A stretch of 64,000 nucleotides of DNA from Tubiluchus corallicola. Its lineage: Eukaryota > Animalia > Priapulida. Position numbers and translations under genes: made by a program. The DNA is taken from positions 186,001-250,000 of the forward strand of contig JAQGDQ010000023.1 of NCBI GenBank assembly GCA_030141605.1, read 5' to 3'. The notes under the pieces were generated by a model. It was not told the origin of the DNA. It made no database searches and saw only the letters and a list, made by a program, of their open reading frames with translations. The number at the start of each line of letters is the position of its first letter. Position 1 is the first letter of the stretch. Positions 14,801 to 28,900 of the stretch are shown here, in pieces.

Positions 14801-17800
14801 ATATGTCTGACGTCATTTTGTTTAATATTCATGCTGATCGAGGCTCAGATGTTCAATTTAGATTTGATTATGGCGACGGTACAATAGAAGTTTTACCTGG
14901 CCTGCTGCATCCGTTTCTTGCTTTACAAACAGCTCAGGGTAGACATCGATACATGAGTGAGGGGGTGTTTAACATAAGTGTAATAGCTTCTAACATACTA
15001 GGTCATGTTGCGGTTGAATTACCACAGCCGTTTCATGTGCAAATTGCACCTCAAGACTTGCGCTTTGATCGGCTGAGTTATATTACACTATTTGGAGAAC
15101 TTAGTTATTTTAAAGCACTTACATCGGCTGGGACCAATCTGTCATATGATTGGTCATTTGGCGACGAGAGCGACATCATTAATAACAAGGTTCCTTATGT
15201 ATCTCACCGCTATCTGTCACCTGGTGACTTCAGAGTAACTGTTCTGGCATATAATAAAGTTGGAAAGCAAGTCGTATCGTCACAGGTAAAATTATCTTAC
15301 TTTGTGATCAAAATTTTTGAACCTCTTCTGTATGTCATTCACTAACATAAAGAATCTTAATTAGAATCTTCTAATTATAATTTAGAATCAAGTGAAAGGC
15401 TGATTTGTAGGGAGGCAGAATGGACAACGACCTCCTTTGCATATCAGATAACGGCATATAAACTACTTTTTTCTGCCTCAAAAAATTACTAAACTAAAAA
15501 CTTACTTTTACATAGCATATTTTACCAAAGCATTATAATTTAGCTTAATTTTTTGGGCATTGTCTGTAAACAAAAGTAAATTAAATTATATTTTAAATAA
15601 TGTTTCCAAAGTCCACAAAATGCTCATTTGTGTTAACCAAAATAAGTTATTTTAAGCTGCTTCTAAGTTCTCTTAGATGCCTCCAAAATGTCTTGAAATG
15701 CAGCAGAAATCATTCACCAGACCCCGTTTGAAAGCTTACAGTGCACCCTGCTGGATGATTTGGACTATTGACCACTGCCTCAGGGAATTCCCTGTGGCAC
15801 CCCTGTGGCTCACCAATTATCATAAGATTCTTTGAGTTTTAAAATAGACATCTTTACGTGGTTTAGGTTTATGTAGAAAATCCAGTGCAAGGAGTTGAAT
15901 TAAACATCACAGAAAGATTGTATGCAACACATGAGGATATTTCTTTTACTGCCATACCAGAAACCAGAGCTCCCAAGTGGTATGTTTGGGATATGGGAAC
16001 AAGCGACAACGTCAAACATACTTCTCAACCAGAACTTACTTATATGTTTGATCAGCCTGGACGGTAAGTTTAGCAGTTTAGTAACAGTATAAAACATTCA
16101 ATGTAAGTAAGAAATTAGTATAATGTTTTACTGCATGTATCGGTGATAACAGACTTATTCATACATGCATGATTAGAGTCCTGTGTACGATATTTCAAAT
16201 GCCCCATGCAAAACCAAGTTAATGTGCTTGCTTATTACAAGTTGATGTAAAGTAACTTGCAGGTAAATTTTCATGTAACGGCCATAAGATATTTTCTTTT
16301 GAGCTTCAGATAATTTGTTACTTTTACATGTTCATATTTTTTAACATTGTTTTTTCGAAAGATTATTTTAACACTAAAGAAGTTGTTAAATTTTTTTATG
16401 CATTGTAGAGCCTGAAATAAATCACATTTGTTCCTAATTTGTGTTTTGTAAATAAATTAATTGTTATTCTAAAGTCTCTAGTTGTTTGAAACTGAGTGCC
16501 TCTTACACAGTTTTCTTTTACTCACACAAACCGTTAAACAAGGCCAACAATAAAAACATTTCTGTTTCCATCTAATTGCGCGGGTAATATTTTTTTATCG
16601 CAAAAAATATACTTTTCTGGCAAAAAAAGTATACATATAAAAACGTGTTTTTTAATTTAAAATATAAAAAGCAATAATTATAATAACAACCTTGTTTCGG
16701 CGAGAATGCAGTCATGTTTTTCTACGGCTACACACCTATATCTTGAGTTGCCATTTTGTATGATGCTGTAATATTTTGTATTTTGTAATCGTATTGTTGG
16801 CTGAAAGGTATCGTATTTTTTGCCAAGTCAATGCATTAATGGCCAGGTTTGTGTTGTTTTTCACACCATAATTATCACAACATACGTTCACACTGCACAA
16901 AAAAGAGACTATATGATAATTAATAATTATACGATAATTTTAGTAATGCGAAACAAAAAACTGAAAAATGTGCATTGAAAAAATTTAAAACATTACTGCT
17001 AACCAGGGGGAAATAAACAAACTTTGATTTCAACGGATTTTGAAATTTACAAAGTATTAAAAAAAAATTTGAAAAAATTCTCCTTGCCTACTGACATTTT
17101 TTGAGCTCATGAGGTAAGGACCGAAGCAATTTTTTGTAGCGGCCTAAACGCAAATGTTATTACATCTTCTTTAATCAGCAATGATCTTTTACAGGTATGT
17201 CGTGCAAGTGTTTGCAGCTAATAACATAAACAATGTCAGCTCAAAACCTGTTGAACTTGTTGTGCAGACGCCGATTAGTCACCTGTCTATAAAGAACCCT
17301 GGATCTACATTAGTCAACCGTACCACCAGATTCGTCTCCCTATTCACGGGTAGTGAACTGAGTTTCATCTGGGACATGGGAGATGGAAGCATTGTGAATG
17401 AAGATTCCTCAGTGGTTGAGTATATGTTTGAGAAAGCCGGAGAGTACAAAGTGTCAGTGACGGCTTCAAATAAAATTAGTTCAGCTGTGGCTTCGTTAAC
17501 GGTGTTTGCTTTGGAGAAACCTTGTGAGAAACCAGACATCAGCTTCAATCTTTTAATGCATATAGTGGTGAGTATATGCATGCACAGTAAGTTACTAGAC
17601 AGCTTCCAAATTTCCTTGTGTTCATTTGACATGCAAGCAGGGTCGTATTAAGCCGTAGTTCAACTCCTAGGCTTTTAGCTATGTCAGGACTATTCCAGTT
17701 AACCGACTGACCTTGGTACTTTGTCACCCAAGTTCTAGTATGTATGTTGCGGGTGTTGTAAAGAAGTTTACTCAGATTTTTTTTAAATCTGCTCGCTTTT

Positions 17801-18813
17801 CGTTATGTGAATGACTAAAATGTTTAACATGGTGTTTATTAGCACTGATGATTGTTTCAACAGCATATGTCATTTTCAATGCTAGAATCAAGCCAAAACA
17901 TTTAATCACTACAATTTATATATATATATTGTATTGGTTATTTATTTATTTATTTATTATGTTTATTTGCGTATAAAATATAATTTACAGTGTACTTGCA
18001 CAATTAGAGCAGTGGTATGATTATGTCACTACTAACCAAATAATCACAAAAGTGAAATTAAATTGCCAAAGTATCAGAGGTTCTCACATAAAGAAAACTG
18101 TAAAGAATTTGTACTATTTTTCTTTTTCTTTATAGTTTTCTTTATGTGAGAACAACTGATGTTTTGGCAATTTAATTTCACTTTTGTGATTGTGCAATGA
18201 TATTGTATGCAGCATAATAAAATTTACCAACTATATGTTTTGGTCTGATTCTAGCATTGAAAATGACAGTTGCTATCGAAACGATCGTCTGCACTAATAA
18301 ACACCATGTTGATTCTAGAAGTTGGCTCGTTCGTGTATCTAATAATATATTTTAGGGAAACACATTTTGGGAACCTAATTGTTCAATACTGCAGCATTTA
18401 AGGAGAATAAAATTTTATTATGGTAAATGCCTCAATAAGAAAATTGACAGCCTCATCGTCCCTACAGGGATGTTAAGACCTCAGCCTAATTAATCTCATT
18501 GATGACATGGTCCTGACTTTCAATAAATTCTACATTTTCAAATTCAAATAGTTTTGTAAGTTTAGTGCATGCTAAAACATGATTATTTGGCAATATTGTT
18601 TTCCCAGTAATGTGATAAGTGAATAAAAATCCCTAAATAAAGAAAATTATGAAAAAGATAATGTAAAAGAGAAAAGGAAAGAGCATAAAAATTACTAACT
18701 ACTAATTTTGGGATTTTATGAACTACAATGTTACCACTATGTGCTTATGAAATGCAATTACTAACTAAGCACCGAATATATATATGTGTGTGTGTGTGTA
18801 TATATGTGTATAG

Positions 18814-18850
<37 letters not shown>

Positions 18851-19910
18851 GTATATTTTTCTTTTGTAGTTTGAAAGATCAAGTGATATTGTTTTAGAAC
18901 CTGTCATTCTTATAAACTGTACAATCACACCTTTGGCGAAATTTCAGTGGCTTTTGTACTACAACGCAGAGCCACTGGACAGCTTTGAAACCAGCATTAT
19001 AAATACTAATCAGCGAACTCTGTTTATCCCCAGAAATTTGCTTGATTATGGAAAGTATATGGCTGTGTTGAGAGTTTCAATGAACGGAACAATTGTTCAC
19101 AGTAGTGCTGAAATAGAATTTCTCGTTGTTCCTTCATTGCTTGTTAGCATAATCACCGGGGGTAAGCAGAGAGTTATTTCAAATCAAGACGTGTTGAAAC
19201 TTGATGCTTTGGCTTCGTTCGATCCAGATTATCCAGCTAATCATAGTTTCATCTACAAGTGGTCATGCCAGCCTCTGGCAGTTACTGGTTCCTGTTTTGT
19301 TGACAACTTTTCTCTTCCGGTAAACACTACAGAAAGTGCAATATTGCTTCCTGCTCGCTACTTCGTTAGCGGTTACAGCAGCTTCCTGATAAACATGACA
19401 GCTTACAAACCAGGAAGAAAATCATTTATAACTTCTCAAGTCGTAGAAGTTTTGCAAAGTGACAAGACTGCTCAAGCTGATATGTATGTCCAGTGTGAGA
19501 TGTGTGAAAACAAACAAGTGAACAGTGGAGATGTTCTTGTGTTTGAAGCCATTTGTCCGAATTGCTGGAAAAGACGTGATTTGTTATATGAATGGAGCGT
19601 GTTTATGGTCATCGATGGCAAGCATACAGGTAGAGGTGGATGAATTAAAACTTGTCAGAAATTTTGCTTTAGCTCCATGCATATCCAAAGTTAGAAAGAT
19701 CTAACTATAAATTATTCATCTCTAGTACTGTGATTGTCTAGCAAATTGTCTGTTTGCTAATTTTGCAAGGAGATTAGTTGATGATTTGTTGCTTAAAACT
19801 TAATTGAACTGTAATCGAGTTAATTTCTAACTACATCCTTACTTTCTACGGCATAAATGCATAGATTATTATATATATACTATAATAATCTATAATATAA
19901 TATATATTAT

Positions 19911-19941
<31 letters not shown>

Positions 19942-22900
19942 TATCAGCCCTTAGTAATGTTAAAATATTGTAATTGTTTTATTGTAGTGAGACATCAAGA
20001 GTGCTATCATGCAGATGGACCTCATCCTGATGGCTTCCTTCGAGCTGATGATACTGCAGACAAACAGTTACTAACAGATAAACCTCTAGTAACTTCAACT
20101 GGTTCCATGGAAACTTTTCCATTAGTTACTGAACATCATAATGGGATGGATGATTTATCAATAACCCAGAGCACTTCTCAATTACTCGTCACCTCCACTA
20201 CATCGACTCAGAGTTCTGTCTTGGAGAGTACTTCTGAAATACCCAAGACTTCCTCCACAGTGAGGCAAAGTTCCATGACAGCTACTTCTCAATCTCCTAG
20301 CACTACTTCTGCAACAACCAAGAGTTCTACCATGGTCGACGTTTCTCACTTAGCTGATGTACCAGTTTTTGCTGATGCTGTTTTGGAGGAATCTAGCGTG
20401 AATTCTCCTCGCCGTACATTTGGAAACCTTCATCCAACTGGACTTTGGGTAGGCATTTATAGTGGAATATATCAATCACGAATTCCTTCCGTTTTAATCT
20501 GCTAGGCGAGGCTGTTGATGACTTCATCATCCAAGATGGCGGCCTCCATATCTCGTAACCGTAATATTGGCTTGTTACTACTTTCCTGCTCAGATTTTAA
20601 AGCTAAGAAATTATAATAATTACGAAAAGAAGTGGATAAAAAGAATTATTTACAATTATAAGCTTATCAGGTGCTGAATCATTTTCTTAAATTTTTGCCT
20701 GTCAATAATGGCTACGTTCATTCTGAATCATGCTGACTCAAAGTAAAGAGACTCCTTTATACACATTGATACTGACGCGCAGATGTCAAATACACTATAC
20801 CTCTAGTGTCACTTTTCCAGTCATGTGCAGCTCACATGGATAAATATTGCGCTGAAGTACTTAATATTTTTAATTATTAGTGATATTTTTTCTGTTGTTG
20901 TCTGGTTCTGTTTTCTGTTTCTTTAAATTGTGTAACTTCACTATTGTTTTTATCGCATCGTATCATTATCGTATCACTAAATTTGTATCGTTTGACATCC
21001 CTAACTTGTGTATTTTTGATAGTTTCTTGTAGTAGTGGGTAAACCTTTATGGTTATTTAGAGTTTCAATTGTGACTAAAATTAAAAGAGTAAAATTGCAG
21101 AACATTTAGTTTGCACTACCCGTGTATTAATCATTTCCTTCAATGATGGATCTCAACAATTTTAAAGAAATTAGTTTTAAGAGATTTTGTGATAATTCAG
21201 AATGGAAACCTTCCCGCTGAGCAACTGAGGAACACGAGAGGGTTACCGAGTGATAGTGGCAGTACAGGAGAACTACTTGATTTTGATGGGTTTCCACCAT
21301 TCCGAAGAAAGAGAGAATCTGGAGACCCCACGAGAGGTTACAGTGACATATTGGGAATGCCATTACCTATGGAGGACGTTGGTGGATTACCCTTTGATCG
21401 CATGCTACCACCTCTTCCTGGAGATTTTCTGTCGGATAATCCTGTACCACCTTTGGAACCTGTACACCGTCGTACAAATATTGGTTTAGGTAATACTTTG
21501 CTTTTTATTTTCTAAATAATAATAATAATATGCTAATGATACTGTAGGAAATCTTTACCTTTTTTCTTTAAACCGTGTTGCTGTTTTTCCTTTTACCGTG
21601 GAATTAACTGGTGAGAATTTCAAAAACTAAGAACTGGATTTTTCATAAGGTAAATTGTCTGTCACACTATGTGTGAGGTTTTGCCTAAAGGCTATAAAAT
21701 TGGAAAAGCACCCTGTACTAAACTTGCAATTTATGCATCTTCAATTTATATAGGATTAATCGAATTACACTTTTTTATTTAATAAATCTATTAAGTAAGT
21801 TAAGAGGAGTGTTTAAGGGAGGATCTTATTTGTTTGTCCTCAAACCCCCCTAACAGTTGTGTGTGTATAGATTTTGTAGTCAAATTGCAGTCTATTTGAG
21901 AGGAGGTTGCTTAGGCAGTGAAGCGATCAATTGCAAAATGACCAAAAAATTGTTATTTATTATTACTGACTTACTGCTTCCATGGGAGAAATTCGTGCCT
22001 GTTTATCTAGAAGATACTCATGAAAGTGGATGATGAATTTAAATGAAATTGGAGCATGAACTAAGTGGGGCCAGATTAAAATTTGGCGGGACACACTAAA
22101 CAATTGAGAAAGTTTTTCTGTAGCATTCACAGAGATCCAATGTTTCTGCCGTATGAGAGTAGTGATGGGCGATTACTAGATTAATCAAATTAGTCGCGAT
22201 TACAACCATGTATAGATCGATATAATCGTTGATTAAACACGATGAAACGTGAGCAAAATAGACGTGTTGCACACTGATTACGTGTTTTAACACAAATAAA
22301 TGAAATCTTAGCATTTTTTCTTCGTTTTTCTTGCCGTTACACAATGTGCTCGTGGACACATGACATGTGTAGTGACATTGTCGTAGTAGTTAACGAAAAA
22401 GCGTTGCGTCTATAAAATTAGTATGCAAGTGAAAATGACAGGCGGCGACAAAAGCTGTGATAAAGTTGTAGGCTGATTCACTACAGTCATTGAAAATTAT
22501 GGCTAAAACACCCAAAAAATCGCCACAAAAGATTAATTGTGATATCGAATTACAAGAACAAGATTATAATCCAATTACAATATTCAAAATCTCCCCTCAC
22601 TATTTGTAAGTATTTCTGATTTGTACATTAAGGTCCACCTGTGTTTGGTCCAATCAGCGAAGGCATCCCTGGAGAGAGTGGTAGTGCTTCAGCCCGCAAT
22701 TTAGCCACCCTACAGACGGCTAGCACACTTCCGGCAGTTCCACAAGAGAGCGCCAGCGAAGGTGAAGGCAGCGGTAGAGAAGATGGAGGAGACAATGATA
22801 CGAGTCAGTCGTCAAGGAATGAGATTGACCCATACGGTCGCGTAAACTTCAATGACAGAAATGATTTGGATTTGTTGACATTGGAAGGTGAATTTCTGCC

Positions 22901-25900
22901 TGAAGCTTATAAGAGTCCACACATCTTAAGTCTGGAAAGGTACAGTACTTTATTTACTATTTTTGCTCAGTCCATAAGTGATTAGAAATTGTTTGTGATT
23001 GTGGCTGGTTTTAACTGCAGCTTCATAAGTTTTTGCAAACACAATTACATTCACACTAAGGCAGGTCACTTAGTATTTTTATTATTTGATTTTGTTGTGT
23101 TTTTGCTTTAAGAAAGTACAAGTACTTGCACGTGTTGTATAGATGTCTGAACTCAGAAACAGCAAGTTTTTGATGCAAGAAATCATTACATACATCCTTT
23201 ACACGCTTCAATCTTACATCTTCCAAATATTTCATGGATATGGTGAAATTTGCAATACAAAATGTTGTGGCAGCATTTGAATTCTTTGTTCATTTCTTTT
23301 TCGTTCCTAGGGTCAAACTCAAGCTAAAACCTGACCAGACACTTACTGGAATTCGTCGTCAATCTCTTGTTATTAATCACAATGCGCTTCATGAGGGTAG
23401 CACTTACATCGTGCAGGTTTCTGCTTTTTCAAACCTCACTAGACACCATAATACTGCTTTAACGTATTTCACTTTAAATGAAGGTCCAGCCAGTGGCCGA
23501 TGTACCCTCAAACCAGAATTTGGCACTGAACTGGAGACAGATTTCAAAATCCACTGCATGGAATGGAAAGACAGAAACCAGCCGCTGTGGTACGAAGTCA
23601 GTTACAAACTCACGTCCAGTCAACCTAGGCAGTTAATTTACCACGGGCTCAGCCACGAGCTGAAATTCCGTTTACCATCGGGACCTGTCCATTTGAACTA
23701 TACTGTCCATGTTTCCGTAGCTGTAGTTGATTCTCTGGGTGGAAAAACGACTGTTTGTTCATTACCGGTGAAAGTCAAGCCACATGCCGATAGCATTCAA
23801 GCTATTTGGAAACTTATCCAGGAAAAGGACAGTCAGTTGTACATGTATCAAGCCCACGGAAACTCCTACAATGTGGGCCATTTTGTCAACAGTGTAGCAA
23901 TGACCCTAAATAGGCTTGTTGATGTGGGAAGCGAAGATGTTTTACAGACAGAGATAAGAACTACACTTCTGAAAACCCTTAGCTCATATAAAGTGAGAGA
24001 TTATTATAGTGCACTCCAAACATTAGCTGGATTAAATTCGGCTGTACATGCGTCGGCTCATTTAACTCCTCGATCTCTGAAACTTGCTTCTGACATTTTA
24101 CATGACATTGTTCAACTTATACGCAAAAATTCTGTGCAAAGACTCGATCAGAACTTGTTGACTTTGTCTGTACAGGTAGCTTCAAAAATTCTTGACAGTT
24201 TTAAGAATGCGCAGCCGAAGAAGTGGCTGGGTGAAAAAATACTGTCCTCTATTGAGAAAAGCTTATCAGATTTGATGCACACTGAACTTAAGTTTCATAC
24301 GTATGAAGAATTTCCACTCAACATTTCAGCAGGTTTTTTGTCCATTCTTGCTGCCAAATACGATTCGGAATCTCCTACAGTTTTAGCAACGAGTGAAGCC
24401 GCTTTTGTATTACCAAAGAACATACTGCCATCTAGTGCTGCGAAAAGCAATCAAACAGACTTGTGCTACGAAGCACAGATGGTAACGTACAAAAATAATC
24501 CGTTTGCCTGGGATAATTTGCGCATCACTTCAGAAGTAGCTGCACTGAAAATTTACACTTGCGATGGGGAAGAAGTTTCAGTGAGAGATCTCTCACCAAA
24601 ACAGAGTATCGTAATGGAAATACCACGAAACCCAAAACTGAATGAAGTTGAAGCAGACTTCGTACTTGAAAAGCAAAAAATGAACATTCACCATTTTAAT
24701 GTTACAAGAGACAACTTCAAACAAGCACTGCATATAGAAATAAGTTTAGAATTAACTAAACAAAACGGCCGCCCATTTCCTCTAGCACTATTCCTAAGCT
24801 ACGACAAACCACCTACACCGGACAATTATATAATCAAGAAGATATTTGAGCCCAATGACAAAAAATTAAAATTGTTTCTGCCAGTGGGAGGAATGAACGT
24901 GTCTGGACCATACTATCTTGGTGTAGTAGATGCCACGTTTAACTCTGGACGTCCACGGGGTGATGAGATTGAATTCAGACAGTACACGCTACAGCTCTGG
25001 TTTGGGCAGTGCTTGTATTTTGATAATGCTTTGCAAGAGTGGACTGACACCGGATGTTTGCCAATGGACAGTTCTACATTTACTTTAACACATTGTAGCT
25101 GTAATCATCTCACAGCCTTCGGGTCAAGTGTGGAAATTCCGAGTATGGTTTTTGTATCTGTGAACATCGAATCATTTTTTAGGTAAACATTTTATTAGTG
25201 AAGTATTATAATCTTGTGTTTAATCAGTAACAAGATAAACTAACAATAATAGCACATTTTAGTATTTAGTATGAATAAACAGAATTAAAAGTTGGCAATA
25301 TTTTGGACTTATAACCTAAATATCCTTGTTTTAAAATTTTTCCATTTTTTTAATTATTACCTTCAATGTAATTTTTTCTCCAAAAAGCAACAGTACAAGT
25401 TTTTATATATTTTTGGAAAGTCCATCAGGTCTAATGACAAGGTATTTTTGTATTTATTTTAACATTTAATTTGCGTCCAAGTGAAACTATATAAGTTTTT
25501 TATTTTTTTATGATTAATAAGGGGAAATCAAAACACTAGCAACATAAATGAATGAGAAATTGATAAAGTGTTGCACTGATAAAATGTTGGAAAATATTGT
25601 AGGGTTTTGCTGAGGTTGTTTGGTTAATTCATTTACCCTCTCTAAAAACAACTTTTAGATTGGCCATTTTCTAAAACGTAACTTGGAACTAGGGAACTTG
25701 AGTTAAGAATGTCTCTTGTAATAGTTAAATGGGTCATGAACTGATGCTTATGATCCCATTTGACTACTTCAGTATGTTTCAAGGTGTTAATACGGTCAAA
25801 CCTCTTTATACCACAAAGTATACCTACTTTGGGACTGCAAAAAAGTTGGCGTTATGGCAAGTTTGGCGTTATAACGAGATGCCTTAATACGTACATGTCT

Positions 25901-28900
25901 ATGTAAACATAGACATTTTGTTTTATGAAAAATGTTGGCGTTAATCGAGGTTGGCATTATAAAAGGAGGTGTTATAATGAGGGTTGACTGTATGCCAATT
26001 AAACAGAAATGTCTCTTCACATAATAATTTTTTATTTCTAGATTGAATGAAAACATAGCCAGTTATTCACTACTGATTGCTGCAGCTGTTTGTTTTGGTG
26101 TTGCATTTGTTGCTTGTGTGCATGCAGATTTGCACGATACCAAAAAACGCCATCCTGTTTACCTTGTGGACAATTCCATACAAGATCAACAGGTATACCG
26201 CATCGTCATAGAAACGGGCAGCCGTAAGGGAGCTGGTACAACAGCTAAGGTATGAAATGTTATTCCTAAGCATGAAGATATTTCATACATTGCTAAGAAA
26301 TTTGCATTAGATTGTACTGTCCTAATGTTTTAACTACTTGGCTACACCTTTAGTTCTTTATATTGAATTTTAAATGTATAAGTTTTTTATTCCTTTGTAA
26401 TTTTCCTGTAGAAAATAATTTTGTGACCATTTGTGAAAAGCACTGTTAAGTTCCTTCTGTTACATTCTGCATCATAATAACATGAAGTGTTATAATTGTA
26501 CTGTATTCATGGTCATTGTTTTATCTTAGTGTAAATTGGAAAAAAAGTGATTTAAATAAGCCCATGAAAAATGTTTGGGCTAAGGTTACACTGCTCCACA
26601 CACAACGAACTAGTTCGTGAAGCGGATTACGGTTAGAGTTAGGGTTGGGGTAGGGTTAAGGTTAGGGTACTTAAACTGTGTGGGTAATTGTAAACTCCTT
26701 CCAATGGTTGTATATTAATTGGCATGAACTGCACAGTTATTGAACACAGCTATATGTTTGAATAGAACTTTTCAGCCAGTTTCTAGTATATCATTTAATC
26801 ATCGTCCACTGTATGAAAATTAAATTTTCTGCCACACAATAGGAGATTGAATATTTTATGGTCACAAACATAGACCTAAGTGAATGTGAAATGCATGTAG
26901 TCATATAGCTGTGTACTGTTCTTGCTGTAATTATTAATTTTTGTTTCTTTAGCAAACTAGCTAATTACCATGAATTCCAACAAAGTCTGTGTCGTGTCGC
27001 GTCATGTCATATCAAGCTATATTATTAACGACCTTTTATTCACAGCAATGTTTGCTAATCTGACTGTACCATCTAGGTCAGTTTAATCCTTCACGGTGAA
27101 AAGGGCATGTCTGAAACCAGGGAACTTGTTTCCAATGATGGGCAGCCGCTGTTTGAAAGACTTTCCTGTGACACGTTCATAATGACGACGCCATACAGTC
27201 TGGGACGAATCTGGAAAGTGCAGCTGTGGCACAACAATGCAGGTTGGCATTACGCAATATTTGAAAAAATTATGCAGCTACCTGTTAACTCCTTCAGGAC
27301 TTTAAACGTTTGTTGCATTTTGCATGGGTTCATGAAAAACAGCTCTCACTAAGCAATGAGTACGTTATTTTTGATAATTTGTTTAGGTTTCTATTCCTCA
27401 CAATTAAAAATCGATTTTTGATGAAAAAATTGCAAAAGCTTTCAGTAACTGCAGTGTTTGCTCTGTAACAATGTACAGTATTACTTGTGTGAAATTGGCT
27501 AATGCAGAAAATTTCAGCTACTCAGACAACATTCTGATACACTTTGGTCTCTCAAGTCTACTCTATTTTTAAAAGACAAATTCCTATTATAAGATAAAAC
27601 GACCTTAATTTCTTCTTAGCTGATCGGTTTTCCTTTTCCTAGAACCCTGTTCTCTCTGGCGTAGCAAGCAGTAAAATCAGTAAAACAGTGTGTATGATCA
27701 CTCAAGTTGTCACAATGGCCCCAAATCAGACAAACTTGATAGATGTAGAAATTCAGAACAGCAAACAATTGGATTTTTACTAAAACATTACTTGTATGTC
27801 GAAACACATAACAAATGTAAACATAATGTATATACATAAGTTGTAGTAAGAAAAAGTCTTGTTGACAGTAATTTCAAAGCTGTGACAGCAGCTCATTGGG
27901 CTTGTTAAAGCTGATAATTGATTCATCATACAGAACAAAATTTTGATTTTGCCAAATAACAATTTCTAAATTGCAGTTATATACATATGCCATGATTATG
28001 ATTTTGACAATTATTAACATATCGTGGTCTCCGTGACACCTAAATGTACACCAAACTAAGCTATTCAATAGGCTAAGTTGGAGTGTTTTTAAAGGGCGTG
28101 TTTTTCTTAATTTTATCCACATATAAATATTTAAACAAACAGCATATTTGGATAGTCAAGATTCTCCTGAATAGGAAGTACCTAATTGTAGTCATTTAGT
28201 TATGTCTGTACTCATACAGTAACAGAGAAGTCATAGGTCTTATAAGACCTATTTTGAATGATGTGGTCGTGAAGAAGTTAAGCGCGATGCGTAACTTAAT
28301 ATTTGAAACTCGACTGCTTGACTCTCACCTTGGAGTTTTAGGTTTTGTTGTACCTGTTTGGTTGACAGACTACACATTAATAACTACACCACTGTTTCAG
28401 GTATATCACCCAGCTGGTATCTGAGTCGTGTCATTGTGGAAGACTTGAACGCGGCACATTATTATCTCTTCGAAGGTGAAAAATGGTTTGCCGTCGAGGA
28501 AAATGACGGCAAGGTTGAGAGAGAAATAATGGTGATTCCGCCAGACGTCAAACCCGGCTTCAAAAAGATTTTCTCCTATAAGTCATTAGCACTTTTTTCT
28601 GATTTTCATCTGTGGATATCAGTACACGAAAAGCCGCCACTAAGTGTGTTCACAAGAATACAAAGGCAAGTGAACTTGTATATATATATATATATTTGTA
28701 AATAAAAATTTAGATAAAGTGTGGTAAAGTAGGAAAAAAGGAAAAGTAAAGCCTGTGCGTCAATTTACAGGTGACTGAACATATACAAAACTAAAAATTC
28801 AGAAATATCAAATCTCGATCAAAATAGTCATAATTATTTTGACATAATAATAGACATAATATATATATATAATAAATAAAGAATTATAATAATAATAAGT

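Noticed and set aside
16536-17146. Possible AGGCC-terminated MITE in intron 7
   Set aside because: Inverted termini too weak and no target duplication could be confirmed by eye.
26631-26668. Telomere-like repeats as a chromosome-fusion scar
   Set aside because: Only about six degenerate units in one orientation; such tracts are common inside invertebrate repeats.
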